From Chthoniobacteraceae bacterium (GTDB lineage: Bacteria > Verrucomicrobiota > Verrucomicrobiia > Chthoniobacterales > Chthoniobacteraceae): a DNA stretch of 64,000 nucleotides. The notes beneath the pieces are model-generated. The model saw only the letters and a list, made by a program, of their open reading frames with translations, ran no database searches and was not told where the DNA came from. The stretch's first letter is position 1; each line of letters begins with the position of its first letter. The translations under genes and the position numbers were made by a program. The stretch is taken from the NCBI GenBank assembly GCA_031409655.1, contig JANNXQ010000032.1, forward strand, positions 35,984 to 99,983, in the 5' to 3' direction. This document shows positions 27,632 through 37,752 of the stretch, in pieces.

Positions 27632-28855
27632 TCAGCTCTTCCCCGAACTCAGCCCGAAGGCCTCGTGTACGAGATTCGCGGCCTCCACGATCTTACCTTC
27701 CTCGATGATCACGGCGGTCTTGATCTCGCTGGTCGAGATCATCTGGATGTTGATCCCGCCATTACTCAACGCGGCGAACATCTTCGCCGCCACGCCGCTG
27801 TGCGAGCGCATGCCGATGCCGACGATGCTCAGCTTCGCGATGCCATCCTGAGTCTCGATGCCGTTCGCGCCGATTTCTTTGACCACGGGGTCGAGCACCT
27901 TGGTCGCCTTGGGCAGGTCGTCTTTACTGAGGGTAAAGGAGATGTCATTCGTGTCTCCGATGCTGTCGCTCTGCACGATCATATCGACGCTGAGATTCGC
28001 CGCCGCCAGAGCGGTAAAGATTTTCGCGGCGTTGCCAGGACGATCGGGGATCTGACGCAAGGTGAACTTGGCCTGGTTCTTCTCGATGCTGACGCCGCGG
28101 ACGACGACGTTTTCCATATTCTTGGTCTCCTCTTTGACGATGGTTCCGGGGTTGTGGTTGAAAGAGCTGCGGACTTCAAAGACGACGCCAAACTTCTTGG
28201 CAAACTCGACGGACCGCGACTGCATGACCTTTGAGCCGCTGGAAGCCATCTCCAGCATCTCGTCGTAGCTGATCTCCTCGATCTTTGTCGCCGTAGGGAC
28301 GATGCGCGGATCGCAGGTATAGACGCCGTCCACATCCGTGAAGATCTGGCAAACGTCGGCCTTGATCGCGGCGGCGATGGCGATCGCCGTGAGGTCGCTG
28401 CCGCCACGTCCGAGGGTGGTGATGCGCCCATCGGTGGTCCCGCCCTGGAAGCCGGCGACGATGACGATCTGCCCGTCGTCGAGGTGCTCGTGGACCTGCT
28501 TCGGGGTGATATTCGCGATCTTTGCCTTGGTGTGGACGCCGTCGGTGATGATGCCCGCCTGCGCGCCGGTCAGGCTCACGGCCTTTTTCCCCAGCGCATT
28601 GATGGCCATGGCGGTGAGCGCGATCGTCGTCTGCTCGCCAGTGGCGAGGAGCACGTCCATCTCCCGCTCGCTCGGCGCGGAGGACACGTCCTTCGCCAGC
28701 TTGATGAGCCCATCAGTCACCCCGCTCATCGCCGAGACGACGACCACGACCCGGTGCCCCGCCTCCTGCGTCTCGATCACGCGGCGGGCGACGTTTTTGA
28801 TCCGGTCGGGATTGCCGACGGAGGTGCCGCCATATTTTTGGACGATCAGACTCAT
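27632..28855 (-). CDS. lysC: Aspartate kinase (2 ACT domains)
   Basis: QKYGGTSV, VVSAM, TTLGRGGSD, DVDGVY, STSEIK. Confidence 0.98.
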   Translation of the reverse strand: MSLIVQKYGGTSVGNPDRIKNVARRVIETQEAGHRVVVVVSAMSGVTDGLIKLAKDVSSAPSEREMDVLLATGEQTTIALTAMAINALGKKAVSLTGAQAGIITDGVHTKAKIANITPKQVHEHLDDGQIVIVAGFQGGTTDGRITTLGRGGSDLTAIAIAAAIKADVCQIFTDVDGVYTCDPRIVPTATKIEEISYDEMLEMASSGSKVMQSRSVEFAKKFGVVFEVRSSFNHNPGTIVKEETKNMENVVVRGVSIEKNQAKFTLRQIPDRPGNAAKIFTALAAANLSVDMIVQSDSIGDTNDISFTLSKDDLPKATKVLDPVVKEIGANGIETQDGIAKLSIVGIGMRSHSGVAAKMFAALSNGGINIQMISTSEIKTAVIIEEGKIVEAANLVHEAFGLSSGKS

Positions 28856-28872
28856 GGAGGAAAAGGGCGCGA

Positions 28873-28901
28873 ATCTTTGTGCGCGGCGGGCGGGGTGTCA
28901 A
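28873..28901 (-). promoter_or_regulatory. Possible sigma70 promoter of lysC
   Basis: Perfect TTGACA, 17 nt spacer, weak -10 AAAGAT. Confidence 0.4.
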
Positions 28902-29031
28902 AGCATTCCCCGGCGCCCGCAGCCTTGGCCGCAGGGAGCCCTTTTCCGCCGCGCTCGGAAGCCGGCCCGGCCGCGGAGTTTGCCGCAATTAATTTTTTGC
29001 AACCGCCAGCCCGCCGGGCTAACAACTGCCC

Positions 29032-29706
29032 ATGCCCGACGATGACGAGCAATCCGACGAAAAGGTCTGGGACGAATATGACTGGGAGCGTTTTCTCCAG
29101 CAGCAAGACCTGAAGACGGAGAAGTACATGGAGCTGATGGAGAGGTACATCGACGACCCCAACCGGGATCAAATCATCGCCCGCGAGATGGGCTGGTATC
29201 ACCTGCTCGACAAAGACGGCGCCAAATGGGCTGAGGAAGTGGACTCAAATTTTGCCGACGACGCCTCCTGCGAAGCGGCCGACGAGTCGGAGGAAGGGGA
29301 CGCGGCGCATGAGGGCGAAGAGGGCTTCGAGGTCCACCCGCTCTACCAGGCGTCCTTTGCGCTCACGGTCTGGATCGATCAGCTTTTTGAGGAAAACCGC
29401 ACGCTGCACAGTCACCCCATCGCGGTGAAGCTCTCGACGCAGGCGGCGGTGGCCAGCGCCAAGCTCGCTGCCGCTTTGAGCGATGACTATGTGGATGAGA
29501 TCGGGATGACCATCGCCTACCTGAAGCGCGCGCTGAAGGCCATCAGCCTCAGCATGGAGGCCGCGACGCAGCTCCGGAATGACGTCCACCTCGACCCCGA
29601 CCGGCACGGCACGCTGAATCAGCGCCTCTTCCAGATCCGCGACGGGATCATCGAGCTCATGGGCACGTATCGGTCCGAATTCCGGCGCCGGTACGACGGG
29701 CAGTGA
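29032..29706 (+). CDS. Conserved-looking acidic hypothetical protein
   Basis: Host codon usage; WDEYDWERFL...IAREMGW and IAYLKRALKA helical segments; no family recognised. Confidence 0.8.
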   Translation: MPDDDEQSDEKVWDEYDWERFLQQQDLKTEKYMELMERYIDDPNRDQIIAREMGWYHLLDKDGAKWAEEVDSNFADDASCEAADESEEGDAAHEGEEGFEVHPLYQASFALTVWIDQLFEENRTLHSHPIAVKLSTQAAVASAKLAAALSDDYVDEIGMTIAYLKRALKAISLSMEAATQLRNDVHLDPDRHGTLNQRLFQIRDGIIELMGTYRSEFRRRYDGQ

Positions 29707-29829
29707 GCAGGTGGATGGCGCGCTCCGAGCGCCATGGCAAACCACCGCGCGGCAGCGCCTACTTTGAATCAGCGCCTGGCGGCGAGATTGGTACCCATGG
29801 CGCTCGGAGCGCGCCATCCACCGGGGCCC

Positions 29830-30471
29830 ATGAATAACCCCCCGGTCCCTGCGTCCAAAGGTCAGCCGTCCGAGGCCGAAGACGTGCTCTCTGGTCCCCC
29901 AGACCTCGAGCTCGTCGCCCGAGCCCAGGCCGGCGATACCCACGCTTTCAATGACCTCGTCACCCGCTACCGCAGCCGCGCCTTTGCCATGACCTACAAT
30001 ATGGTCCGCAACGAACAAGACGCCTGGGACCTCGCCCAGGACGGCTTCCTGAAGGCCTGGAAGTCCATCGGGCGCTTTCGCGGGCAATCGTCCTTTTACA
30101 CCTGGCTCTACCGCATTCTCATGAATGTGAGCATCGACTGGCTGCGCAAAAAGCACATCCAAGGCGGCACCGAATTCGACGATCAGATCGGGCTGCGGAA
30201 TATCGCGCCCGGCGCCACCACCGCACCGCGGGGCGAACTGGAGCCGGCGGAGAAAATCTCGGACGGCGAGATCCGCACCCGGATCGATGCGGCCATCGAG
30301 CGCCTCTCGCCCGAGCACCGCACCGTGATCGTCATGCGCGAGATCGACGGTCTGGAGTATTCCGAGATCGCCGAGCAGGTCGGCTGCTCCATCGGCACGG
30401 TGATGTCCCGCCTTTTCTACGCCCGCAAAAAACTCCAAGCCATGCTCCGAGACGTCTATGAAAGCATTTGA
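29830..30471 (+). CDS. ECF sigma factor (RpoE-like)
   Basis: DAWDLAQDGFLKAW..FRGQSSFYTWLYRI; region 4 YSEIAE...GTVMSRLFYAR; start uncertain. Confidence 0.95.
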   Translation: MNNPPVPASKGQPSEAEDVLSGPPDLELVARAQAGDTHAFNDLVTRYRSRAFAMTYNMVRNEQDAWDLAQDGFLKAWKSIGRFRGQSSFYTWLYRILMNVSIDWLRKKHIQGGTEFDDQIGLRNIAPGATTAPRGELEPAEKISDGEIRTRIDAAIERLSPEHRTVIVMREIDGLEYSEIAEQVGCSIGTVMSRLFYARKKLQAMLRDVYESI

Positions 30472-30976
30472 AGAACAATTCACCGCCTGGGTGGACGGCC
30501 AACTGACCGGCGAAGAACTCGCCGCCTTTGAACGCGAACTCGCGGCCCACCCGGAAGCCCGCACCGACCAGGCCGCCGCCAAGAAGCTCGGCGAACTCCT
30601 CCGTCGCCACCCAAGTGCGCCGCCGCTCGCCAATCCCGACTTTTTCAATCTCCAGCTTCTGCAACGCCTCGAGGCCGAGCAGCCAAAAGTGCCCTCCGGC
30701 GACGGCCGCGAACGCGCGCCCTGGTTCTGGCCGCTCTCGCGCCTGGCCTGGGCTGGAGCCGCCTGCCTGCTGATCTCCTTCGCGTTATTCCGGGCGTGGA
30801 TCCCGGTGGGCAGCAGCCCTGGCCAGAGCGGCGCGCCGTATTTCGCCCAAGTGATCGAAAGCTGGCCCGCGGAAGACTCCATCTCCGCGACCACCGTTTA
30901 CACTCCCGAGGACAACGTCACCGTCCTCTGGATCGACGGCCTCGAGCACGTCCCCGCGAACTACGCCATCCAGTAA
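30458..30976 (+). CDS. Membrane-anchored anti-sigma factor
   Basis: AWVDGQL...AFERELA N-terminal ASD-like segment, single TM, overlaps the ECF gene end. Confidence 0.8.
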   Translation: MKAFEEQFTAWVDGQLTGEELAAFERELAAHPEARTDQAAAKKLGELLRRHPSAPPLANPDFFNLQLLQRLEAEQPKVPSGDGRERAPWFWPLSRLAWAGAACLLISFALFRAWIPVGSSPGQSGAPYFAQVIESWPAEDSISATTVYTPEDNVTVLWIDGLEHVPANYAIQ

Positions 30977-30980
30977 CGGT

Positions 30981-31424
30981 ATGCGCTGCCTCCTCGTTCT
31001 CGCCCTCCTCGCCGCCCTGGCTCCCGTAGCCGCGGCGGAGGACGTGCTCTGGAGCGCCGTGGTCCTCGCCACGAATGAGGCAAAACCGAAGGATGCGCCG
31101 AAGGAGTTGCAGGAATTCGCGCCGCGGCTGAAGCGCGTCTTTGGCTACAATCAGTTTGCCGTCGTCGGCACTGCCGCCAAGCCCCTCGTCAGCGGCAGCG
31201 AAAGCTGGCTGGTGCCGACGCCAAATTTCTGGTTCGGCGTGAAAGCGCGGCGCACCACCTCGGTCGAAGCGCGCGGCGGTTACCTGCTCACCCTCCAGCT
31301 TTTTCAGGACAAACGCCTGCTCGTGGACAGCGAGACGCGCCTCGCGCCGGGCAGCCCGCTTTTCATCCGCGGCCCCCAATGCGGCGGCGGCCAGATCGTC
31401 TTCGTGCTCCAAGTCCAGCGGTAG
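30981..31424 (+). CDS. Secreted hypothetical protein, third gene of the ECF operon
   Basis: ATG at 30981, signal peptide, open to TAG 31424. Confidence 0.75.
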   Translation: MRCLLVLALLAALAPVAAAEDVLWSAVVLATNEAKPKDAPKELQEFAPRLKRVFGYNQFAVVGTAAKPLVSGSESWLVPTPNFWFGVKARRTTSVEARGGYLLTLQLFQDKRLLVDSETRLAPGSPLFIRGPQCGGGQIVFVLQVQR

Positions 31425-31431
31425 CGGCGGT

Positions 31432-31497
31432 TTCAAGGAGCAGGGGCGCCCTCGCCCCGAGTATCTCCTTGGGGCGAGGGCGCCCCAACTCCTTGAA
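31432..31497. repeat. REP-like palindrome (family A), intergenic
   Basis: TTCAAGGAGCAGGGGCGCCCTCGCCCC ... GGGGCGAGGGCGCCCCAACTCCTTGAA. Confidence 0.9.
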
Positions 31498-31610
31498 GGT
31501 GCGTCCGATGACCAGCGCGGATTCGGTGGGCAGAAATTAACAAGATCCGCTATGCACTCTCACGCACTCGAGAGTCCCCCTCTCCAGCGAGTCCCACCAC
31601 CCATTTCCCC

Positions 31611-34600
31611 ATGAAATACCTCCTCCCCACCGTCTTCCTCACCGTCGCTGCGACCGCCGCCTTTGCCGACGACATCGGCATCCGCGTCCGCTTCGGCCTC
31701 AACGATAAAGAAGCCACCCCGTGGAACGGCACGGTCGCCGTCGCACCCGGTCGTGTGGCGCTGATTGGCGGCTGGCGTTTTGCCCAGGATGATGCGGTGG
31801 ACGGCATCACCGGATGGAAGACGCGCACGCGCCCCGCCGTGCTCGACAAGCGCAGCAACAATCCGAAGAAAGCCGGCGGCAAGCGGGCGCAAGCCGCGGC
31901 GACTGGCGTGGCGATGAGCGACAATGGCGTGCTGATTTCCTTCACCGAGGTGACGGAGGATTCGCAGGTCACGATCAAGACGCCGCAGGGTGACATCGCC
32001 TTCAAACTCGGCGATGTGCCGTTTGGCAAAATGTCCACGCAGCTTAGTGGTGCGGTGGAAATCGAGCGCACCGCCGCTTCCATCCCGCTCACCGATGCGC
32101 GCAGCGACGACGATTACCCGAGCGCCGCGGTCGGCCCCGATGGCAACGCGTGGATCGCGTACGCCAGCTACACGCCGGGTCTGGACCGCGACGAACGCGC
32201 GAAGAGCTACGACAAGGAACCCGCGGATTTCAACTTCCTCGCGACCGCGCCGGGGGCCGATCAGCTCTGGCTGCGCAACGTGCAAGGCCACGAGAATGGC
32301 GCGCCGATCGCGATCACCGGACCGGGACGGGACATCTACAAGAGCGCGGTGGCGGTGGACGGATCCGGACGCGTGTGGGTCGTGTGGTCCGAGAATGCGA
32401 ACTACCAAGCGTTTCCCAACAATGGCGCCGCGAGCTTCGACATCTGGGCGCGATCGGTGAAGGACGGCATTCCAGGCGAGCCGCTGAAGCTGTCCGATTC
32501 TCCGGAAAGCGACGTCTGGCCGGCGGCGGCGACCGACGCGAAAGGCCGCGTGTGGGTCGCGTGGCAAGGCGCGAAGGATCGCGTGTTCCGCATTTTCGCG
32601 CGGCATCAGGACGGCGAAGGCTGGAGCGCCGCGGAGCAAGTGAGCACGCAATCGCGCAACTGCTGGGCACCCGCGATCACCGCGGCGAAGGACGGTCGCA
32701 TCGCCATCGCGTGGGACACTTACGACAAAGGCGACTACGACGTGTGGACGCGCGAGTTCGACGGCACGGGTAAGGCCGGCGAAGCGCGCCCCGTCGCCAA
32801 CACGCCCGACTACGAAGCGCGGCCGGCGCTGACCTACGATCGCGATGGAGCGCTCTGGATTTCCTGGGAACACGGCGGACCCACGTGGGGCAAGGATTTC
32901 GGCGCGTATGCGGCCACCGGCATCGGCCTTTACCGCGACCGGCAGATCGGCCTCGCGATCCTGAAGGACGGCAAGTGGATGCAGCCCGCGGCGGGATTCG
33001 CCAGCGCGCTGCCTGGCGGCACAGGCAGAGCTCGCAAGCAAAACAACCAGCGCGTCCCCGCGATCGAGCCTGGCGCCGAGACCCGCCAGGCCGGCGAAGA
33101 AGCCGAGGCCTCGAAGGACAACGCGCACAACAATCTCGCCCGCATCGTCTGCGACCGCGCGGGCCGCGTGTGGCTCTTCGCCCGCGCCCGGCAGAATGAC
33201 TTCCGCACGCCGCTCGGTTCGCTCTGGTTCAATTGGGCAACCTATTACGACGGCGTGAAGTGGGTCGGCCCCATCCTCATCCCGCACTCTGACAATTTGC
33301 TCTACAACACGCCCGCCGTCGTTGCCTTGAAAGAGGGCGGCCTGCTCGTCGCGCACTCCAGCGATCACCGCCAGGACCGCCACATTGCGCGCAAAGCCGG
33401 GGGTGGAAACGCCGCGCTCGATTCGGACAAGGACCCTTTTGACAACGACCTCTTCATCAGCCGCCTGAGCCAGCCCGGTGCGGCGGCACCCGCGCAACTC
33501 GTCGCCAGAAAACAAACGCCGAACGCGCAGGCGGCCCCTTCACCCGCCACCATCGCCGAGCGCGCAGCCATCGCCCGCTGCCGCGACTATCGCGCGAAAG
33601 TGGACGGCACGGAGTTGCAGCTTCTGCGCGGGGAGTTTCACCGCCACACCGAGATCAGCGGCGACGGCGGCAACGACGGCCCGCTCGAAGACATGTGGCG
33701 CTACGCCATCGACGTGGCCGCGATGGACTGGCTCGGCTGCGGCGATCACGACAACGGCGGCGGCCGCGAATACCCGTGGTGGCTGACGCAGAAAACGACC
33801 GACGCGTTTTACCTGCCGGGCTCCTTCGCCCCGATGTACACCTACGAGCGCAGTGTTCGTTATCCGGAAGGGCATCGCAACGTCGTCTTTGCCCGGCGCG
33901 GCATTCGCACGCTGCCGCGTCTGCCGATCAGCGCCCGTGACTTCGACGGCCCCGCGCCCGACACGCAGATGCTCTACAAATACCTGCGGCTTTTCGACGG
34001 CGTCTGCGCCTCGCACACCAGCGCCACGAGCATGGGCACCGACTGGCGGGACTGGGATTCCGTGGTCGAACCGATGGTCGAGATTTATCAAGGCGCCCGC
34101 CAAAACTACGAGTATCCCGGCGCCCCGCGCTGCCCCACGGCGGACGACGCGATCGGCGGCTGGGAGCCAAAGGGCTTCGTGAATCTCGCCTTCGCGAAAG
34201 GCTACAAGATGAGCTTTCAGGCGAGCAGCGATCACGGCTCCACGCACATCAGCTACGCGCTCGTCTATGCCGAAGACCGCTCCCGCGAGAGCCTCGTGAA
34301 AGCGATGAAAGCGCGCCACACCTACGGCGCCACCGACAACATCATCGCCGACTTCCGCTGCACCGCGGGCGGCCAGGAACACATGATGGGCGACGACTTC
34401 ACCGCCACCGAGCCGCCGCAACTCCGCGTGAAACTGCTCGGCACCGCGCCCTTTGCGAAAGTCATCATCATCAAGGACGGCGTGGAGATCGAAACGAAGA
34501 CGCCGAACACGGATCAGGTCGAGTTCACCTGGACCGACCCGAATCCGACACCCGGAAAAACGAGCTACTACTATGTCCGCGGCGAACAGAGTGACGCGGA

Positions 34601-34655
34601 GAAGCAGCTCGTCTGGGTCTCGCCGATGTGGATCAAGTTTGAGCCGAAGAAGTGA
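31611..34655 (+). CDS. Large secreted protein: beta-propeller-like repeats plus C-terminal PHP/CehA-McbA-like metallohydrolase domain
   Basis: Signal peptide; repeated P...D..G..W.AW; GEFHRHTEIS.DG, GDHD, GHRNV, VEIYQ, ASSDH, YYYVR.EQ..WVSPMW. Confidence 0.85.
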   Translation: MKYLLPTVFLTVAATAAFADDIGIRVRFGLNDKEATPWNGTVAVAPGRVALIGGWRFAQDDAVDGITGWKTRTRPAVLDKRSNNPKKAGGKRAQAAATGVAMSDNGVLISFTEVTEDSQVTIKTPQGDIAFKLGDVPFGKMSTQLSGAVEIERTAASIPLTDARSDDDYPSAAVGPDGNAWIAYASYTPGLDRDERAKSYDKEPADFNFLATAPGADQLWLRNVQGHENGAPIAITGPGRDIYKSAVAVDGSGRVWVVWSENANYQAFPNNGAASFDIWARSVKDGIPGEPLKLSDSPESDVWPAAATDAKGRVWVAWQGAKDRVFRIFARHQDGEGWSAAEQVSTQSRNCWAPAITAAKDGRIAIAWDTYDKGDYDVWTREFDGTGKAGEARPVANTPDYEARPALTYDRDGALWISWEHGGPTWGKDFGAYAATGIGLYRDRQIGLAILKDGKWMQPAAGFASALPGGTGRARKQNNQRVPAIEPGAETRQAGEEAEASKDNAHNNLARIVCDRAGRVWLFARARQNDFRTPLGSLWFNWATYYDGVKWVGPILIPHSDNLLYNTPAVVALKEGGLLVAHSSDHRQDRHIARKAGGGNAALDSDKDPFDNDLFISRLSQPGAAAPAQLVARKQTPNAQAAPSPATIAERAAIARCRDYRAKVDGTELQLLRGEFHRHTEISGDGGNDGPLEDMWRYAIDVAAMDWLGCGDHDNGGGREYPWWLTQKTTDAFYLPGSFAPMYTYERSVRYPEGHRNVVFARRGIRTLPRLPISARDFDGPAPDTQMLYKYLRLFDGVCASHTSATSMGTDWRDWDSVVEPMVEIYQGARQNYEYPGAPRCPTADDAIGGWEPKGFVNLAFAKGYKMSFQASSDHGSTHISYALVYAEDRSRESLVKAMKARHTYGATDNIIADFRCTAGGQEHMMGDDFTATEPPQLRVKLLGTAPFAKVIIIKDGVEIETKTPNTDQVEFTWTDPNPTPGKTSYYYVRGEQSDAEKQLVWVSPMWIKFEPKK

Positions 34656-35791
34656 GCGCACGTTGGGCGTTTGCGCTGACGCTAATTTTCATCGCCTCAG
34701 TCGCATTCGCGCACAATCCAGACACCAGCTACGCCCGCATCGGCATCACTGCCGACCACCTCGATGTCCGGCTGACCTTCGATCTTTTCTCGTTGGAAAA
34801 GATCACCGGCATTGATGCCGATCACGATCAGCAGGTCACGCGCGAGGAACTCCAGCGCGCCGCGCCGGAGCTGCAGCGTTTCCTCCAGACCCACGTTCAT
34901 TTTGAAATCGATGGCGCACCCGCCGCGCTCGACTCAGCCGCGCCGCCAGAGTGGCCGCGCGACGCCGGAGCTGCGCTCGCCGCCAAGGACTGGCACAGCG
35001 CCGCCGCGCTCGTCGCATTTCCATTTCGCCTTTTGCTGAAAAAGCCGGCCCGCGATGTCACTGTGACGTTTGATGTCTTCGAGCGACTCGGGGCCGGCTA
35101 CACCATCTTGGGAGCCTTCGAATGTCGCGGCCAGCGCGAAGAGGTCATCTTCACGCAACCCGAGCCGGACTATCTCTTCGACACAACCTACGTGGAAGGA
35201 AGCGAACTCCCGCGCGCGGAAGCATTGCTGCTCGCAAATCTCCGCCGCTTCGTCCGCCTCGGCGTCGAACACATTTTCCTCGGCTACGATCACCTCTGCT
35301 TCCTCCTCGCGCTGCTCGTGGTGAGCCGCTTTCGCGAGCTGGTGAAGATCGTCACGTCCTTCACCGTCGCGCACAGCCTCACGCTCATCCTCGCCGCGCT
35401 CGGCGTTGCGCGGCTCCCGTCGCGCCTCGTCGAATGCGCCATCGCCCTCACCATCGTCTATGTCGCCGCGGAAAATCTCTGGCGGAAAAACTTCGCGCAT
35501 CGCTGGCTCCTCACCTTCGCCTTCGGCCTCATCCACGGCTTCGGTTTTGCCGGCGTGATCGCGGAACTCGGGCTGCCCGCCGTCTATCGCGTGCGCTGCT
35601 TGTTGGCGTTCAATGTCGGCGTCGAAATCGGCCAGCTCGCCATCGTCGCGCTCGCGTTTCCCTGCATCGTGCTCCTCGGAAAATGGCGCTACGGTGCGCG
35701 CGTCACGGCCGTCTTCAGCATCCTGCTCGGTCTCTTCGGCCTCGGCTGGTTCTTCGAACGCGCCTTCCACCTTGGCTTCATGCCGGTGTGA
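34652..35791 (+). CDS. HupE/UreJ-family membrane protein
   Basis: Signal peptide ending AH; GVEHIFLGYDHL, FTVAHSLTL, FGLIHGFGFA, FNVGVEIGQ. Confidence 0.9.
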   Translation: MSARWAFALTLIFIASVAFAHNPDTSYARIGITADHLDVRLTFDLFSLEKITGIDADHDQQVTREELQRAAPELQRFLQTHVHFEIDGAPAALDSAAPPEWPRDAGAALAAKDWHSAAALVAFPFRLLLKKPARDVTVTFDVFERLGAGYTILGAFECRGQREEVIFTQPEPDYLFDTTYVEGSELPRAEALLLANLRRFVRLGVEHIFLGYDHLCFLLALLVVSRFRELVKIVTSFTVAHSLTLILAALGVARLPSRLVECAIALTIVYVAAENLWRKNFAHRWLLTFAFGLIHGFGFAGVIAELGLPAVYRVRCLLAFNVGVEIGQLAIVALAFPCIVLLGKWRYGARVTAVFSILLGLFGLGWFFERAFHLGFMPV

Positions 35792-35800
35792 GTTGACGGG

Positions 35801-37696
35801 TTACGCGCAGGCCGCCCGGATCGCCTCCAGCTCTTCCCAACGGGCAAAGAGCTTCGGCACTTTGGCGCGAGCGGCTTCCAGTTGCGCCTCGAGTTCCGAC
35901 CACTGGCCACCGTGCTTCATGTAGGCATCGGGCGCGGCGAGCATCGCCTCGACCCGCCCGGCTTCCGTCTCCGCGGCGTGGATGTCCGCCTCGATGGTCT
36001 CCAGCTCCCGCGTCTCCTTGTAGCTGAGCTTCCGCTTTTTCGCGGCAACCGGTGCTGAAGCAGCGACCGCAGCAGTACTTGCCACCTTGGGTATGCTCGC
36101 CGCCGCCGTCCGGCTCGCGCGCTTTTCCAGGTAGTAGTCGTAGCCACCCGCATTCAGCGTCACCACGCCACCGCCTTCAAAAGCCAGCGTGTGCGTGCAG
36201 ACGCGATTCAGAAAATAGCGATCGTGACTCACGACCACGACCACACCGCCGAAGCCGAGCAGGGCTTCCTCGAGCAGCCGCAGCGTCGCGAGATCCAGAT
36301 CATTCGTTGGCTCGTCGAGGATGATGATGTTCCCGCCGCGCTTCAGGATTTTCGCGAGCAGGATGCGGCTCCGCTCGCCGCCGCTCAGGTGCGCGATCTT
36401 CGTATTGATCCGGTCGTCAGTGAAAAGGAACCGCCGCAGGTAACTGCGCAGCGTGATGGTTTCTTCGCCAAGCCGCACGTGCTCCTGCCCTTCGCCCACT
36501 TCCTCCCAGACGGTCTTTTCGTCATCGAGCGCGAGGCGGTTTTGATCCACGTAATTGAGCTGCGTGCGCGCGCCGATCTCCACCTTTCCGAGCGTCGGCT
36601 CGAGCTGGCCGATCATGATCTTCAGCAGCGTCGATTTCCCGATGCCGTTGCGCCCGACCACCCCGAGGCGCAGGCCCGCGGCGAGGTCGAGATTAACATC
36701 GTTGAAGAGCATCCGTCCGCCGAGCTGCATGCCGATCCCGGTCATGGTGATCACGCGGTTCGCCAGCTTCGGCGCGGGCGGGATGATCAGCTCCACATCG
36801 ATCTCCTGCTCCGGCGGACCCTTCGCCGCTTCCTCAAAGTAACGCTCGATGCGGTCCACGGATTTTGTCCGGCGAGCGCTCGGTCCTTTGCGCACCCAGG
36901 CGAGTTCGTGTTTCAGAAACTGCTGCCGCTTGTGCTCCACGCGTTCCTCGGTGACCGCGCGCTCGGCTTTGGACACCAGGAATTCGCTGTAGCTGCCGTC
37001 GTAGTTCAGGAAAGTGCCGCGCGAGAGTTCGACGATGCGCGTGGCGATGCGATCGAGGAAATACCGGTCGTGCGTGACGAAGAGACAGGCCCCGGGATAA
37101 CGCGAAAGGAAATCTTCGAGCCACTCGATGGACTCCGTGTCGAGATGGTTCGTCGGCTCATCGAGGATCAGAAAATCCGGCCGCGCGAGCAGCGCCCGGC
37201 AAAGCGCGACCCGCCGCTTTTCTCCGCCGCTCAACGTGCCGACGATGCGATCCAGCGCCGGCGCGTGCAGATTCGTGGCGAGGCTCCCGATCCGATGATC
37301 CAGCGTCCAGCCATCGAAGTGATTGATGCGATCCAGCAACTCCGCGCCACCGGTGCTTTCCGCTGGAAGATTTTCGTACTCGTCGATGAGCTCGATGACC
37401 CGTTGCGCCCCGGCGCGGATGTTTTCCTCCACGGTCTTCGTGTCATCCAGATCGAAGACCTGCGGCAGGTAGCCCGTGACGAGATCGCGTTTGCGCGTGA
37501 AGAGCCCGCCATCTGGCTCGAGCGTCCCGGCGGCGATGCGGAGAAAGGTCGATTTGCCCGAACCATTGCGCCCGACAAGCCCGATGCGCTCGCCTTCATG
37601 CACCGCGAGCGTCGCGCGATCGAGCACGACGTCGGGTCCGTAACGGACGACGAGTTCACTGGCACTGGCGATGACGGCGGCAGAAGGATCGGGCAT
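35801..37696 (-). CDS. uup: ABC-F family ATPase (Uup-like)
   Basis: Two ABC cassettes (GRNGSGKST/GRNGIGKST, LSGGE, DEPTN), no TM, C-terminal KLSYKE.RELE domain. Confidence 0.9.
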   Translation of the reverse strand: MPDPSAAVIASASELVVRYGPDVVLDRATLAVHEGERIGLVGRNGSGKSTFLRIAAGTLEPDGGLFTRKRDLVTGYLPQVFDLDDTKTVEENIRAGAQRVIELIDEYENLPAESTGGAELLDRINHFDGWTLDHRIGSLATNLHAPALDRIVGTLSGGEKRRVALCRALLARPDFLILDEPTNHLDTESIEWLEDFLSRYPGACLFVTHDRYFLDRIATRIVELSRGTFLNYDGSYSEFLVSKAERAVTEERVEHKRQQFLKHELAWVRKGPSARRTKSVDRIERYFEEAAKGPPEQEIDVELIIPPAPKLANRVITMTGIGMQLGGRMLFNDVNLDLAAGLRLGVVGRNGIGKSTLLKIMIGQLEPTLGKVEIGARTQLNYVDQNRLALDDEKTVWEEVGEGQEHVRLGEETITLRSYLRRFLFTDDRINTKIAHLSGGERSRILLAKILKRGGNIIILDEPTNDLDLATLRLLEEALLGFGGVVVVVSHDRYFLNRVCTHTLAFEGGGVVTLNAGGYDYYLEKRASRTAAASIPKVASTAAVAASAPVAAKKRKLSYKETRELETIEADIHAAETEAGRVEAMLAAPDAYMKHGGQWSELEAQLEAARAKVPKLFARWEELEAIRAACA

Positions 37697-37752
37697 GGAG
37701 GCGGAGGCAATACACTAACCTGAGCGAATTGCACCCCACGCGGCGAAATCGC

